Shown: in pieces, positions 20,808 through 32,939 of the stretch | Numbering within the stretch: the first letter of the stretch is position 1 | How the letters are laid out: each line of letters opens with the position of its first letter | IMG/VR virus record: IMGVR_UViG_3300001589_007665 | Location: 1-64,000 of that record | From: a virus | Reading direction: 5' to 3' (one strand) | DNA: 64,000 bases | The notes under the pieces: generated by a model | What the model was told of the DNA's origin: nothing | The model's database searches: none | What the model saw: only the letters and a program-made list of their open reading frames with translations | Translations under genes and position numbers: made by a program

Positions 20808-23800
20808 ATGACCGATTATAAAAAACAAAGCTATCATGGGACTCCACCTCCGCCACCTCCACCACCTCCGCCATCGTCTCCACCACCACCTCTTCCACCT
20901 CCGCCACCACCTCCGCCTCCGCCATCATCTCCGCCACCACCCCCACCTCTTCCTCCACCTCCTGGGGTTAGTCCTAGTCCTACTCCTACTAATGCCAACA
21001 CGATTGCTGGTGCTATAGATGTTGTTATTTGTATAGATACTAGTTTTAAGTATCCATTACAGAATTGGACACAATTTAAAGATGAGTTATATAAATTTAT
21101 TTATGACACTAATAGCAGAGCAGATTTTGCTAACGATAAAGTAAGAATTGGTATCACTACCAACTTTAATGAATATCCTCTGACCTCAAACTATAATGCT
21201 TTATTACAAAATCTAAATAATATTTCTTTTGATTCGCCGCCACCGCCTTTCCCTCCTCCTCCTCCCGGCGTTGAATTTCCTAAGTTTTATACATTTCGCT
21301 TAAAACATCAACTGCAAAAAGCAAAAACACAACTAAACAATTCAAAGATTTGTAATAAATTAATCGTTGTTGCTACTCCTGCTTTCAGTACAGACATTGT
21401 ACAAGAATCACTAGCTATCGACGAAGCAAAAGCAATTAATAAGTTAACAGTAAATGATGGAACATCTTACTATCCTTATAGTATTAAGATGATTAGCGCA
21501 TATAGTCCTTTAAGTAAATATCCAAAAACGCCATCAAATAATACTAAATTACAAATTATATATGACCAATCTACAGCAAAAAATGGAGGAGCTTCGTGGT
21601 TACAATATGAAAATTTATGGAACTACGGCTATGGAACTAATAGTACTACCGGTATTAATACGGTGGTTCCGACTTTAAGATACTTTATCACAAATATGGT
21701 ATCAATATCTCCTACTCCTACTCCAACACCTACTCCTACAGCAACACCAATACCTTTGCCTGGGGGTATACCTAATAACATAGCAGGATGTAACGGCGAA
21801 GCATTTTTTGTAGATTGTCTTCCTACAGAAATAGCTGTTGGTAATTCTATAGATGACTATGCTAATATTTGGACACCTACTAATATTACGCTTAAAAAAG
21901 GCGACACAATCAGAATATCCTCTAGAGGATGTATGTGTTCAGAAAGCGTTGCTTTACAAAATATTAATAATCAAGATTTACAATTAGACGACGAAACACT
22001 AGTTCTTACAGAAGATGCTGATAGCTTATGTTCAGATTTTACAGGAGTACCAGGATCTAATGTTAATAGATTGTATGGTACGATTTTACCGGATGGAGTT
22101 AAGCCTAGTATTATTAATCAATTTGATATTGATCTTGGACCAAATATGGCAGGAGGAACAGCGGTAAGTAAAATAACTAAACCTGGAACTGGTAAATTGT
22201 GGTTGCTGCCTTATGCTCCAAGCTATAGTAACACAAATGCTTATAAATTTTGTGCTTCTATTTATGTAGACGCATTTTTTGCTACTCCAACAGCTACTCC
22301 AACAATCACCCCTACACCTACTGTCACTCCTAGTATTACTCCAACAATATCATTAACTCCATCTATTACTCCTTCTAATAGCCCAACTGTTACGGTTACT
22401 CCTACTGTTACACCTACACTCACAATTAGCAGTACTCCTACTTTGACCCCCACTCCTACTTTAGCGGGATGTAATCTTGAAATATCATCTTTAGCATTAA
22501 ATGATAGTAGTATGTCTATTATAGATGAGGGCCAAAACCATATATATGTTGCTGATGGTTATGACGGAATCAAAATAGTTAAGAATCATGGCAGTACTTT
22601 AGAATTATTAAAATACGTTAATAAAGGACAAAATATAGATAAAATAGCAGTTGACTTTAGTTTAAGAAAACTTTGTGCTGGCTACAATAAACAGATAGAT
22701 ATAATATCAATTGCAACTCCTGCTACGGCCTCCGTTTCTGCTACAATAGATCTGTCTTCTGTACTTACTGGTGGCACAGATAAAATAACAGATATTAAAG
22801 TTTTAGAGTCTCATAATACTGCTTATGTTATCTCTAAGCTAGGTGTATTTGTTGCGATTAATCTTGCTACTAATTCTATCATTAATAGTTCTACTTTAGT
22901 TAGTAGTGTTAATTACGATTTCAATTCACTAGACATAGCAACTTATCCTAATTATGATTATGTTTATGTAGCATTAAGAGGCTCTACAGGTGGAGGAATT
23001 TACAGAGTAGAAGCCGACACTCTTACAGTAAGTAATGTTACTTCAGTAGCTATATTAGCACCCAGTTCAACATATAGTTATGTGTATCCAAAATCTATAG
23101 CCGTTATTGGTAATTATGCTTATTTAGCGATTACTACGGGTAATGTAATAATATTCAAATTAGATCCTTTTACACTAATGTCTAGTCTTGAAATTAAGAC
23201 AGCTGGGACTGCTGTAAATATTACTAAGTCTTGGGAAGATCAATATCTATTTATTGCAGACTCTCAACAAGGATATACTATAGCTAATGTAGCAGATGTT
23301 GATAACATACATCTCAACTCTGTAGATAACCACAATACGGTTTCTAATGTCGATATGTCTTCTGATGCTACTAAATTAGTTTTGTCACAAGGATATAAAG
23401 GCATCACTGTTGTAAAAAGTTGTGTTGGTAATTTTAGACCTACTCCAACTTCAACCCCAACCCCTACAATTACGCCTACAAATACAGTTACTCCTACCGT
23501 CACTATTACTGCAACACCTACTGTTACACCTACTATTACTGCTACTCCTACGGTTACTCCATCTTTAACTCCTACAATTTCTTTAACACCATCTAATACT
23601 CCTACTAACACAGTTACTCCTACTATTCCAACAACATTGACACCAACCCCAACAAATACTCCTACTTCATCACCAACACCAACCCTAACAGTAACTTCGA
23701 GTGTTACTCCTACTGTTACTGCTACTAAGACACCAACACCAACATTAACGCCTACACATACAACCACTCCTACTATTACTCAAACGGTTACGCCAAGTCA

Positions 23801-24701
23801 TACCTCTACGCCTACAACAACACCTACTAGCACCCCGACACCAACTATTACTTTGGTTGATAGAACCAATAGGGCTAATTATAATAGCACAGCTTCTTGG
23901 GGGAGCGGCTCTCGTATTACTACTGTAGGAACCAATGGTGGAACTAGTTATTATGGCTGCTATGATTTTTCTGGACTTTTATTTGAATGGCTAGATGATG
24001 AGCCTTCTTCATTATATAAATGGGTAAGGGGCGGAGCATATACATCTGCTTTATTTTATATAAGCAAAGCGTTTAGAAGTATACAATCTCCAGTAGCGCA
24101 TTCACAATATACTGGATTTAGAGTATCTGCAAAAACTACATCCTCAGACTTAATAGATTTTGTTACTGTATCAAATATAGACAATGCTAATGATAGCACA
24201 GGATTTGGTGCTGTATCTTACGAATACAAAATAGGTAAATATCAAATTACCAATGCTCAATATGTAGACTTTCTTAATGCTGTAGCTACGACAGATCTTT
24301 ATGGTCTATATCGTGTATATATGGGAACAGAACCTGATGGAGGAATAACTAGACATGGATCATCAGGTACTTATGTTTATACCTATAGGAATTATATGCA
24401 AAATAAGCCAGTAAATCATGTCAATTGGTTTGATTGTGCAAGATATTGCAATTGGTTACATAACGGCAAACCCACAGGTTCACAGATAAGTTCTACTACA
24501 GAAGCCGGGGCATATACCTTAAACGGTGCTATTGCTGGTATTATAGATAAAAATACGGACGCCAAATATTATATTCCAACAGAAGATGAATTTGTCAAAG
24601 CGGCATACTATAATAATTCGATATATTATGATTATGGTACCCAATCAAATACTGCGCCTTCTGCTGTTACAGCTAGTCCAGATGGCGACGGATTATTTTA
24701 G
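20808..24701 (+). CDS. Polyproline / vWA / LVIVD-like / Thr-Pro protein with C-terminal circularly permuted FGE-sulfatase (C-type lectin fold) domain; candidate adhesin or receptor-binding protein
   Basis: Start re-called to the ATG at 20808 (after the upstream stop, AAGGAG upstream). DVVICIDTS vWA-like strand; [12 protein letters not shown] and [12 protein letters not shown] repeats; FGE motifs [34 protein letters not shown]...GFRV in permuted order. Confidence 0.8.
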   Translation: MTDYKKQSYHGTPPPPPPPPPPSSPPPPLPPPPPPPPPPSSPPPPPPLPPPPGVSPSPTPTNANTIAGAIDVVICIDTSFKYPLQNWTQFKDELYKFIYDTNSRADFANDKVRIGITTNFNEYPLTSNYNALLQNLNNISFDSPPPPFPPPPPGVEFPKFYTFRLKHQLQKAKTQLNNSKICNKLIVVATPAFSTDIVQESLAIDEAKAINKLTVNDGTSYYPYSIKMISAYSPLSKYPKTPSNNTKLQIIYDQSTAKNGGASWLQYENLWNYGYGTNSTTGINTVVPTLRYFITNMVSISPTPTPTPTPTATPIPLPGGIPNNIAGCNGEAFFVDCLPTEIAVGNSIDDYANIWTPTNITLKKGDTIRISSRGCMCSESVALQNINNQDLQLDDETLVLTEDADSLCSDFTGVPGSNVNRLYGTILPDGVKPSIINQFDIDLGPNMAGGTAVSKITKPGTGKLWLLPYAPSYSNTNAYKFCASIYVDAFFATPTATPTITPTPTVTPSITPTISLTPSITPSNSPTVTVTPTVTPTLTISSTPTLTPTPTLAGCNLEISSLALNDSSMSIIDEGQNHIYVADGYDGIKIVKNHGSTLELLKYVNKGQNIDKIAVDFSLRKLCAGYNKQIDIISIATPATASVSATIDLSSVLTGGTDKITDIKVLESHNTAYVISKLGVFVAINLATNSIINSSTLVSSVNYDFNSLDIATYPNYDYVYVALRGSTGGGIYRVEADTLTVSNVTSVAILAPSSTYSYVYPKSIAVIGNYAYLAITTGNVIIFKLDPFTLMSSLEIKTAGTAVNITKSWEDQYLFIADSQQGYTIANVADVDNIHLNSVDNHNTVSNVDMSSDATKLVLSQGYKGITVVKSCVGNFRPTPTSTPTPTITPTNTVTPTVTITATPTVTPTITATPTVTPSLTPTISLTPSNTPTNTVTPTIPTTLTPTPTNTPTSSPTPTLTVTSSVTPTVTATKTPTPTLTPTHTTTPTITQTVTPSHTSTPTTTPTSTPTPTITLVDRTNRANYNSTASWGSGSRITTVGTNGGTSYYGCYDFSGLLFEWLDDEPSSLYKWVRGGAYTSALFYISKAFRSIQSPVAHSQYTGFRVSAKTTSSDLIDFVTVSNIDNANDSTGFGAVSYEYKIGKYQITNAQYVDFLNAVATTDLYGLYRVYMGTEPDGGITRHGSSGTYVYTYRNYMQNKPVNHVNWFDCARYCNWLHNGKPTGSQISSTTEAGAYTLNGAIAGIIDKNTDAKYYIPTEDEFVKAAYYNNSIYYDYGTQSNTAPSAVTASPDGDGLF

Positions 24702-24726
24702 AACATATATAGGATAATAAAACAAT

Positions 24727-26706
24727 ATGGTATATAATAAATTTGAATTACCTGATTCAACAGTTGAGATACAGTCTGATGCTCCTAGAGATCCTACTGT
24801 TATAATAGAATTTAATGGTAGTGGCATACACAAGATTGCTGGGCCAACTCCGCAATTTGCATTTAGTACTAGCTACAATAGATCTTCTGTAGGACAATTA
24901 GATAGTGTTGATAGAAAAATCACACTAGAAGGTCAAATAGTAAGATCTGCAAATCCATCATTTTCATTTCCTGTAGTACCAGATCAATCTGGAGTAAAGG
25001 GATTAACAGGCGCACACGAAGCATTAAAAGCTTTATTTTCTGAATGTAGTGCTGGTACTCTTGCCATGTATTGCGACGGAAACCTGTTTTTTGAAAAACA
25101 TAATGTTAGAGTAGACAGTATAGAATTTAATAGTAGCGACAATAATTTTATACAAGTTGCTGAATATTCTGTTGGGTTAAGTTTCTTTGAAGCAGGATCT
25201 CATGGATATGCTGTTAAGAGCACATCAGATGACTGGAGTATAGAACCTTTAGATGAAATTGTTCATCAAGATTTTACTATAACAGAAGCAGATGCTGGTG
25301 GAGAATTGCATAATCCTTCAAGAGATTCAATTGGGGGAGGCAGACAGACTCCAACTGATAATACCGTCATTAATTTTTCCTCTATTCCTAGATATAAAAT
25401 TTCTAGAAAATTATCTGCCGCTGGATTACCTAATACTGGAGTTGGTAGTGGCTGTACAGATGTTGGTGTTAATACATCATACCTAGAAGCTAAAGGTTGG
25501 GTAGAATCAAAACTAGGAACCGCCTATAATGGATCGAGTAATGATAGTTCTGTTTTAAGTAGTGGATTACCATTTTTCACTGACTCTCCTGACTATGGTA
25601 GTATGAAAGGAACAACGTTCTTATATAATCATGTAAGAACTACTAATTTTAGTATTTCTGAAGGTGTGTATTCTGTTAATGAAACATGGTTAGCAATGCC
25701 AACAGGAGTTAGATTTTTAGAAAACTATGATATTGATGTTTCTACAGATGCAAGTTTTATAAAAACAGTTAGTGTCAAAGGAGAGATACAAGGTCTTTAT
25801 TTAAAAGAAATGACTGCTTTAACTGGAGAAAATTTAACTCCTAACAGTAGTGGTCTTATTGAAATTGACAATGACAACACGAAACAAGCTACCTTGCCAA
25901 ACGGATCATTGCCTGCTGCTTCTCCTTTTGGTAACGAAACTAGTAAAAAGAATCTAGTATCCAAAAATAAATTTGAGAATGCCCTTAGTGGCTATGTGGA
26001 TCACGTTAAACCATTTTTATATCAAAGAGCTAATATAGGATTAAATAATAGATATTATAAGAAATATTGGTTAGACGAAACCACTAGTCAAAATAATACT
26101 GTTTCTTCTGGTGATGATGTTATTCCTAACGCTCCACAAATTAGAAATCCAATTTATGTTAAAGAACAACAGTTAAATGTTATTCCTATCAGTACAAGCG
26201 AGGCCCATAATATACAAAAAGGCAGTATTAGCTATAATTATCAGTTTGATAACAAAAGAAATATTTGTACTGGTGTATTAAGTTCTAATGTTACTGTAGA
26301 TACAAATTTTCCTACAGATGTATTTGCTGAAGCTTTTGTTTTAGGAAGAGCACTTGGTCCAGTTTTACAAAATTTAGGAACAATAACTTCTGCTAAAAAA
26401 AGTATAAGTATAGAGGTTAAAGTTATACCCCCTAGAGATATAGATGGATATAGTATGAATAATGTAACCTGTCCTCTATATGTGGGCGGGAACATATATC
26501 AAACTATTACTGGCATCGCTAATTCTCTTAAACCTTATGGAGATCAAACAACAGCTTTGGGATATAAGAACGATAGTGTAAATAATAAAGGACACGTTTA
26601 CACATCAACAGATTCAGAAAATTGGAATCCCATAGATGGGTCTTATAGTCTACAACTTTCGTTTACTTATCAACCATGTAATCTCAGTCAATCTTTTAGG
26701 ACTTAG
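24727..26706 (+). CDS. Hypothetical beta-rich protein, probably structural (tail/baseplate region)
   Basis: 659-aa ORF, AGGA SD, co-oriented with the structural block; no recognisable motif. Confidence 0.6.
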   Translation: MVYNKFELPDSTVEIQSDAPRDPTVIIEFNGSGIHKIAGPTPQFAFSTSYNRSSVGQLDSVDRKITLEGQIVRSANPSFSFPVVPDQSGVKGLTGAHEALKALFSECSAGTLAMYCDGNLFFEKHNVRVDSIEFNSSDNNFIQVAEYSVGLSFFEAGSHGYAVKSTSDDWSIEPLDEIVHQDFTITEADAGGELHNPSRDSIGGGRQTPTDNTVINFSSIPRYKISRKLSAAGLPNTGVGSGCTDVGVNTSYLEAKGWVESKLGTAYNGSSNDSSVLSSGLPFFTDSPDYGSMKGTTFLYNHVRTTNFSISEGVYSVNETWLAMPTGVRFLENYDIDVSTDASFIKTVSVKGEIQGLYLKEMTALTGENLTPNSSGLIEIDNDNTKQATLPNGSLPAASPFGNETSKKNLVSKNKFENALSGYVDHVKPFLYQRANIGLNNRYYKKYWLDETTSQNNTVSSGDDVIPNAPQIRNPIYVKEQQLNVIPISTSEAHNIQKGSISYNYQFDNKRNICTGVLSSNVTVDTNFPTDVFAEAFVLGRALGPVLQNLGTITSAKKSISIEVKVIPPRDIDGYSMNNVTCPLYVGGNIYQTITGIANSLKPYGDQTTALGYKNDSVNNKGHVYTSTDSENWNPIDGSYSLQLSFTYQPCNLSQSFRT

Positions 26707-26716
26707 GAATGTATAA

Positions 26717-29700
26717 ATGCCAACTCAGCCGTGCAACAACAATAAAAAGATAGCACAAACTTTATTTCTTGGTGCTAGTGTTGCTAATTTTAATACTAGT
26801 TTAGGATGGGGAGATCAATCCTCACAGTTAACCGTTAATCTTATAGAAGATAAAGCCTCTGGTTTTTGTAATACTAGTGGAGGAGCACTATTTGCTCAAT
26901 TCCCTAATTCAAGAGAGGTTTCTCCTAATCATTATCATAATTGTATTAATGATGATTGTTATATGTTGTCTGATGGTAAACCTTTTAATTCAAAAAATAA
27001 TGACTATAAAGATAGACAATTATTAGGTAAAGTTTATTACCAGTTTTATGATGATCCTCCTGTGATTCCGACAACAGGAAAAACAAATGCCGTGCTGTCA
27101 AATTACTGGACGCTTCCAGATCCAGGATTTATTGGTGCAGAAACAGCAATCAACAGAGATGGTACTACTATAGAAAGATATGATCCTACAGGAGCAAGTC
27201 TTAATCCTGGTTATGATATTATTAATTGTCCTGTATATTTTAGAGTTGGAGATTTTAGTTTTGGCGGATTAGTTCAGTCTTGGACAACATCAGCTTCTAA
27301 TTCTGGTGAAACCATAACCGTTAATATTCAAGATATGAAATCTTTGTTGTCTGAATGTTATATTATTTTGGGTAAATTTTCTGGTGCTGTATTTAGCAAA
27401 ATAAAAAACTCCGAGAGTTTTTATGGAAAACCACATAATTGGGTAGGAGACAATGTAGATTACTTAGGCAGGCTTTATAATGGCAATACTCCCAACGTTT
27501 TTAATGTTTATGGTTTTTTAGAATCTTTTGGAGCAAATAGTTTTGGTGCTGCTAATCTTAATCAAAATGGTATTTCCGCCAATAAAGTAATAGACGCTTT
27601 AAGTGTATTAGCGGGCAATGTAGATACAGACTCTAGTATTTTTAATCCTGCCCAAACAGGTTATGCTCAGAAAAGTGCTTTTTCTCCTTTTGGTAGAATA
27701 TTATCTAAAACACCACAAGCATATGATACTTATGTTAATATTAGTACTGGTTTTGGTAAGTTTGGAATAGTACCTCCTACGACATCTTTAGCAGATGGCG
27801 TCGATAGAAGTGAGTTTGTTTTAGATTTAAGTGAAATTCCTAGACTACCAGACGATTTTAGAATAGCTGAGCCTGTAATGAGTATTACTGACTTCATTAC
27901 TAGAATAGCTGACGAATCTGGATTTGACTTTTTAGTAGATTATTCTCCTATAAGTTATAATAGTAAGATTACTAATGTTATTAAAATAAAAGTCGTATCT
28001 AGAAACAGTCAACCAGTGCCTAATCAAATTAGTAATACTGTAAAAAATCTTTCTTGTAATGGTTTCTTAATTTCTTCTAATAGCATAGGTAAAGAAAAAA
28101 ATAATACAAATTTAAAAAGCATTGTTATTGGAGGCAATCAAAAAAGATTATTACAAATTAAATCCAATAGACTTGCTTATACTCAAACTAATTTAATATT
28201 TAATCCTACTACTTTAGAATTTGTGAATTATGACACATTAGGCAATAGTCCTACGGCATCAAATAAATTTGCACATGGTAAATACAGATTTCCTTCTGCA
28301 TTTTCTACTAATAATATAGACTTATCTAAACAAGTTAATCCTAATCAGGAAGATAGGTATAATGCTGAAGACACATTTACTGATATTGTTACTGGTTCTG
28401 ACGAGGGAGATAAAGATACTTTATATAACGACTCTATGCTTGGTGGAGCAGAATCTGATCCTACACAAGGAAATTATTGGAAGACTATTGAAATTGATCA
28501 ATCAGACCCTATAAGTCTTAATAATCCAGGTAGCGCAAGAGATAGTGTCGTTGGAAATGGCTTTAGATGGTTTCCTTTGTTTAAAGATGCTATCTGTCCC
28601 TTTTTTGGATATGTGAGAGAAGAAGAGCTTAAAGTAGATACAGAAGATAAAAATACAGACTTTCGAGTTCCAAGACCTGTTTATCTAGATACTTGGACAG
28701 GACAGCTAGCTGTTATTGTTAGACTGCATGAATTGCCAGAAATAAGCATACCTTTAAATACAAACTTTTCATTAGAGGGACAACAATGTGTTCTAATTTC
28801 AGAAAGTGAAATAAGATCTGCTCTAGTAGGCTTCGATAATTTTTTAGTCTATTCTTTAGCTAAACAATATCGTCCTGATCTTTTAGAATCTTTAAGACTA
28901 AGTCATAGAACTAAATATTTTAACAAATTGATAGCTGAAAGAACTAATTCAGCAGAAGCTGCTGCTATGGCTAATAAAAAATATGATTGGTTCTGGAGAC
29001 AAATCCATGGAAACATAGCTGGTCCAGATGGTCAACCTATCGAGATAGCTCCTGCTAAGAATGATGGATCATCTTATATAGACGAAAAGGCTATGCAAGA
29101 TTTACAAATATTACATCAGTTTATTAGTACTCTTGCTGGATATTATGGTAAACAGTACATGGTGTCTTTACCAAATTTACAGTCTTATAGAGATCAACAA
29201 TATGCTGATATTACTCTAAATACAGAATATGGAGATGCTATTGTTTTTCAAGGTGGGGGAGAAATTTTTTATAATTATGAACCAACTGATGCTGCTTGGG
29301 AAGAACCAGGGAACGCTATAGATAATACTATTTCTGTAGGAGGTGCTAATTATTATGCTTTGGCTGAAAAAGATGGTAAAATAGGCCCTGTTTTAGGATA
29401 TAATTCTAATAAATATTTTGATTATACTAAAAAAGAAATGTGTCGATTTGCTCAATCTGTTTTTAATCAGAATAGAGCAGACTTAACTGATCAAAAAATT
29501 AATCCTGCTTGGAGTTATGATATATTTGATGAATTATTAACAATGAAAGACCAGCAATGTCCTGATAATGGTTTTATTTTTAATAGTATTAATTTAGCAA
29601 GTATACCGACTACAGAATATATCAACATTAGTGCCGGAGGTGCTGCGAAAGATGCTTTTGCTCAATCTATGGCAAGTACACCTTTACAGAAATGTTATTT

Positions 29701-32700
29701 AAAAGCACAAGCTAATCCGCAAATAGCATATCTTAATCCTAAAAATTTCTATTTCCCTAAAGCTATTGTTACATCTCCAGGATTAACTCTTAATACATCC
29801 AGTAGTCAATATAATCAAGATCCTAATAGGACAGTAATAACCAATGTATCTACTGAAGATCTAATTATTTATTTAAAAACAACAAATAAAAAATATTGGG
29901 ACTATGAATTTATAGGCTATTTATTATATTATGTTAGTCCTGCTTTTAGAAATCAATTCTACGGTAATTTTGCTGTCTCTAGTAATGAATCAGCTACGCA
30001 TGTTGAAATAGCGCCAAAAGCTGCACATCCGTTTTTTGCAGCAATCCCCATAGAATTAAAAAATTATGTATATGGACCTTGGGCTAATAATGTTTATGTT
30101 GATTATTTAAGAGATCCTCAAGCTGTTTTTCCAGATGGAGTAACGGTTAAAACAGGAGATGGATTTCCGCCAACATGCACAACAGACTCCTCAACGGTCA
30201 ATGACGAACAAGCAAAAAATATTATAGATAATTTAATTGGTCCCATGAACATAGAAGTCGATGAAGAATTAGTTCCTTGGAATTTCGGTGGTGCTGGTTT
30301 TATGGATAAAGTAGCTAATCTTAAAGCATATTCAAAACTAAACTATCAGAGTATAATAGAAACTGCTCAAATAAAAATGCCCGGAATCCCGATCTTTGAT
30401 ATAGGTTCAAGTTTTGACACTACTACTTTTAATAATGTAGCAATTAATTTTGGTAGCTATATTAGTAATAAAACATATACATATAACGACGTTAAGTTCG
30501 GCAATAATACTTTAGATAATTATGATGGTTTTGATTTGCCCAATTCTTTAAGCACATTATATTCTTTTAACCCACCTAGTGCTCCTAAGACCGAAACATA
30601 TAACTATACTACAATTGCTCTTAAGACACCATTAGCTAGTCCTAGTACAGTTATTAGTAATATACAGGTTAATGTGGGGAACGGAGCTATTGAAACCACA
30701 TACTCTTTAAGAACTTATACCAAGAAATTATCTCTATTTAATAAAACAGAAGTAGACAGGGCGGCAAAACAAGGAAGAGAAGGAATATCAAGAAATAAAC
30801 AAATAGCCAGCATATCACAACAAAATAATAACAATTTAATACAACAGTTTAAAACTAGAGAAGATCAGAGAATAAATAGTGCTAATAAGAATTTTGATAG
30901 TATAGGCTTTAGTAGTAAATTATTTGGATGGAGTCCTACAACAGTTTTGGTGGGTCAGGCTTCTCCATATTTAAAGTCTCTAAACACTTTTCCTACTTTT
31001 ATACCTCCTAGTTCTGAATATGTATTTCCTGATGAATTTGGATCTTTAGGCTCAGATAATAAAACATATACTTTGCCTACGAGTAAATCTATTGGTGATG
31101 ACGATGACTCTAGGTCTGCTGCTTTAATTCAAGGAGAAAGTACCCATGTTCCTACTTTATTAAATAGCAGTAAGTTTAGAGTTGATGTTGGTATGTATGA
31201 CGTTAAAGAAGTTAGGACACAATTAAGTTCTGATTATGGTTTGCAATCTGCTATGAGTTTAGACGGTTTATTATCTCCTGTTTCTTTTTATCCAACATTT
31301 AAAAGAAGTACTTTTAGTTATAGCAAATATGATCTGAACAGCTGTCCATTTTGTAAAGGTACCAAAAAAATAAAATCAGAATATAAATTCTATATTAGCG
31401 GTAGTGAGAAAAAAATTGTAGATTTTGTATATTGTGACTATTGTGCTAGAAGAGATGAAAATCTTAAGTACAAGTTAACAGCAGGTGCTAGTAGTGCTTC
31501 TTCAGAAGTATTACCTCCATATGTTATTACAAATGAAACAAGCCAATCTGTTCTAGAATTATTTAAAGGACTAAGTGGTGGAGGCAGTTCTTCCAGTACT
31601 GCTGGGGATAAACCCGAAATTAATCTTGCTACTTTAAATCCAATCTTAGTCGGTGATGGAGATTTTCGTAATACAAATACCCAAAACTATGTTGGTAAGC
31701 ATCCAGATGGCAAACATGAAGAATTGTTTTTTGGAAATACTCCTAGACCTTTTAAGGATAGATCTAGACATGGTATAGAAATAGTGGCTAGAGGAGCTGT
31801 TGTTCAAAATAGTTTAGAAATTAGCAGTTCTAAATATGAATATCAATATGATTCAGACTTTAATCCAGATTATCATAGCAGAGATTTGGAATTAAATAAA
31901 AGTGTTAAGGCAGCAGGGGCAATACCAACATTAAAAGATTATCAGATGAATCAAAGGTTCTTAGGATTAAGAGGACCACTAGTGATGCATGCTTGGGGAT
32001 ACGACAAAGAAGGATATCCTGTTCCTAACGCTGCTGATGAGCCAAGACTGATTGATCAATTAGGAAGACCTAAAAGATTTAAATTAAAAATAAAACAAGG
32101 CTACCCTAAAAAGATAGCATATTCTGAATTAGCTAATGGATCAGCATATGCAAGCGGTAATGGTATTATAACAAAAGGTGAAGAGTCAACACCTCCAGAA
32201 GATGAGACAGAAGTACAGCATTATGTTTATGAAAACGACTTGGAAAATAATGGAGGTTTCCTAGATGCCAGCATGACAGGAGAAGATAGGATGACTGGTT
32301 TTCAGGGAGATATTATTAGCAAGACACAATCTTTTGATAATGGTAAATGGTCAGAAAAGACTAAATTAAAAGAATTTTACTTAAATTTTGGAGAACGTCC
32401 TGATTTATGGCCAGTTGGACCAATTGATCTGCGATGGGATGAAGATAGACATGTTTGGAGTGTTCCTGTAGACGTTACTGTATACAAGATGGTTTATGTG
32501 ACTTTAGAAGAGAATATGATAAAAGCAGCAGATTATTTTGATGAGACATTACCCGCTAGAGGATTTTTAGATGAATTAGAATATAGACAAGAACCGTTGC
32601 CTAATAATGCTAGGAGATTAGTATATGTAAGAGATAAAAGTGGTTATACCGCACCTAGAGGAGCAAAATTATTATGCAGATATGATACAGGCTCAGGATA

Positions 32701-32923
32701 TTACGAGCCAGTATCTAAACCTTCTTTTAGTGCATATGGAGTTTTACTAGATGATAATCAGGCTACAATAGACATGGATTATGCTCAAGGTAAAGTAGCA
32801 GGTTCTGTACCAACTATGCAAGTTAAATATGATAATAAATTTAATGAGACTTTTAGTATAAATGCTAAAGCATTTTTTAATTTTAATGGAGGCAAGTGGA
32901 TATTAATTCGCGCTGGATATTAA
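26717..32923 (+). CDS. Very large hypothetical protein, probably tail/baseplate hub-like; internal Zn-ribbon motif
   Basis: 2068 aa; CPFC...CDYC at ~31343-31444; AGGA SD; function inferred from context only. Confidence 0.55.
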   Translation: MPTQPCNNNKKIAQTLFLGASVANFNTSLGWGDQSSQLTVNLIEDKASGFCNTSGGALFAQFPNSREVSPNHYHNCINDDCYMLSDGKPFNSKNNDYKDRQLLGKVYYQFYDDPPVIPTTGKTNAVLSNYWTLPDPGFIGAETAINRDGTTIERYDPTGASLNPGYDIINCPVYFRVGDFSFGGLVQSWTTSASNSGETITVNIQDMKSLLSECYIILGKFSGAVFSKIKNSESFYGKPHNWVGDNVDYLGRLYNGNTPNVFNVYGFLESFGANSFGAANLNQNGISANKVIDALSVLAGNVDTDSSIFNPAQTGYAQKSAFSPFGRILSKTPQAYDTYVNISTGFGKFGIVPPTTSLADGVDRSEFVLDLSEIPRLPDDFRIAEPVMSITDFITRIADESGFDFLVDYSPISYNSKITNVIKIKVVSRNSQPVPNQISNTVKNLSCNGFLISSNSIGKEKNNTNLKSIVIGGNQKRLLQIKSNRLAYTQTNLIFNPTTLEFVNYDTLGNSPTASNKFAHGKYRFPSAFSTNNIDLSKQVNPNQEDRYNAEDTFTDIVTGSDEGDKDTLYNDSMLGGAESDPTQGNYWKTIEIDQSDPISLNNPGSARDSVVGNGFRWFPLFKDAICPFFGYVREEELKVDTEDKNTDFRVPRPVYLDTWTGQLAVIVRLHELPEISIPLNTNFSLEGQQCVLISESEIRSALVGFDNFLVYSLAKQYRPDLLESLRLSHRTKYFNKLIAERTNSAEAAAMANKKYDWFWRQIHGNIAGPDGQPIEIAPAKNDGSSYIDEKAMQDLQILHQFISTLAGYYGKQYMVSLPNLQSYRDQQYADITLNTEYGDAIVFQGGGEIFYNYEPTDAAWEEPGNAIDNTISVGGANYYALAEKDGKIGPVLGYNSNKYFDYTKKEMCRFAQSVFNQNRADLTDQKINPAWSYDIFDELLTMKDQQCPDNGFIFNSINLASIPTTEYINISAGGAAKDAFAQSMASTPLQKCYLKAQANPQIAYLNPKNFYFPKAIVTSPGLTLNTSSSQYNQDPNRTVITNVSTEDLIIYLKTTNKKYWDYEFIGYLLYYVSPAFRNQFYGNFAVSSNESATHVEIAPKAAHPFFAAIPIELKNYVYGPWANNVYVDYLRDPQAVFPDGVTVKTGDGFPPTCTTDSSTVNDEQAKNIIDNLIGPMNIEVDEELVPWNFGGAGFMDKVANLKAYSKLNYQSIIETAQIKMPGIPIFDIGSSFDTTTFNNVAINFGSYISNKTYTYNDVKFGNNTLDNYDGFDLPNSLSTLYSFNPPSAPKTETYNYTTIALKTPLASPSTVISNIQVNVGNGAIETTYSLRTYTKKLSLFNKTEVDRAAKQGREGISRNKQIASISQQNNNNLIQQFKTREDQRINSANKNFDSIGFSSKLFGWSPTTVLVGQASPYLKSLNTFPTFIPPSSEYVFPDEFGSLGSDNKTYTLPTSKSIGDDDDSRSAALIQGESTHVPTLLNSSKFRVDVGMYDVKEVRTQLSSDYGLQSAMSLDGLLSPVSFYPTFKRSTFSYSKYDLNSCPFCKGTKKIKSEYKFYISGSEKKIVDFVYCDYCARRDENLKYKLTAGASSASSEVLPPYVITNETSQSVLELFKGLSGGGSSSSTAGDKPEINLATLNPILVGDGDFRNTNTQNYVGKHPDGKHEELFFGNTPRPFKDRSRHGIEIVARGAVVQNSLEISSSKYEYQYDSDFNPDYHSRDLELNKSVKAAGAIPTLKDYQMNQRFLGLRGPLVMHAWGYDKEGYPVPNAADEPRLIDQLGRPKRFKLKIKQGYPKKIAYSELANGSAYASGNGIITKGEESTPPEDETEVQHYVYENDLENNGGFLDASMTGEDRMTGFQGDIISKTQSFDNGKWSEKTKLKEFYLNFGERPDLWPVGPIDLRWDEDRHVWSVPVDVTVYKMVYVTLEENMIKAADYFDETLPARGFLDELEYRQEPLPNNARRLVYVRDKSGYTAPRGAKLLCRYDTGSGYYEPVSKPSFSAYGVLLDDNQATIDMDYAQGKVAGSVPTMQVKYDNKFNETFSINAKAFFNFNGGKWILIRAGY

Positions 32924-32939
32924 TTAACTTAGGATAAAT

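Noticed and set aside
24020-24130. Diversity-generating retroelement targeting the FGE/CLec domains
   Set aside because: No reverse transcriptase and no near-identical template repeat differing at adenines were seen in this window; one elsewhere in the genome cannot be excluded.
26707-26718. ATGTATAAAT as a fifth copy of the late-promoter motif
   Set aside because: It has a mismatch in the GTGTA core and abuts the start codon rather than lying 45-53 nt upstream.
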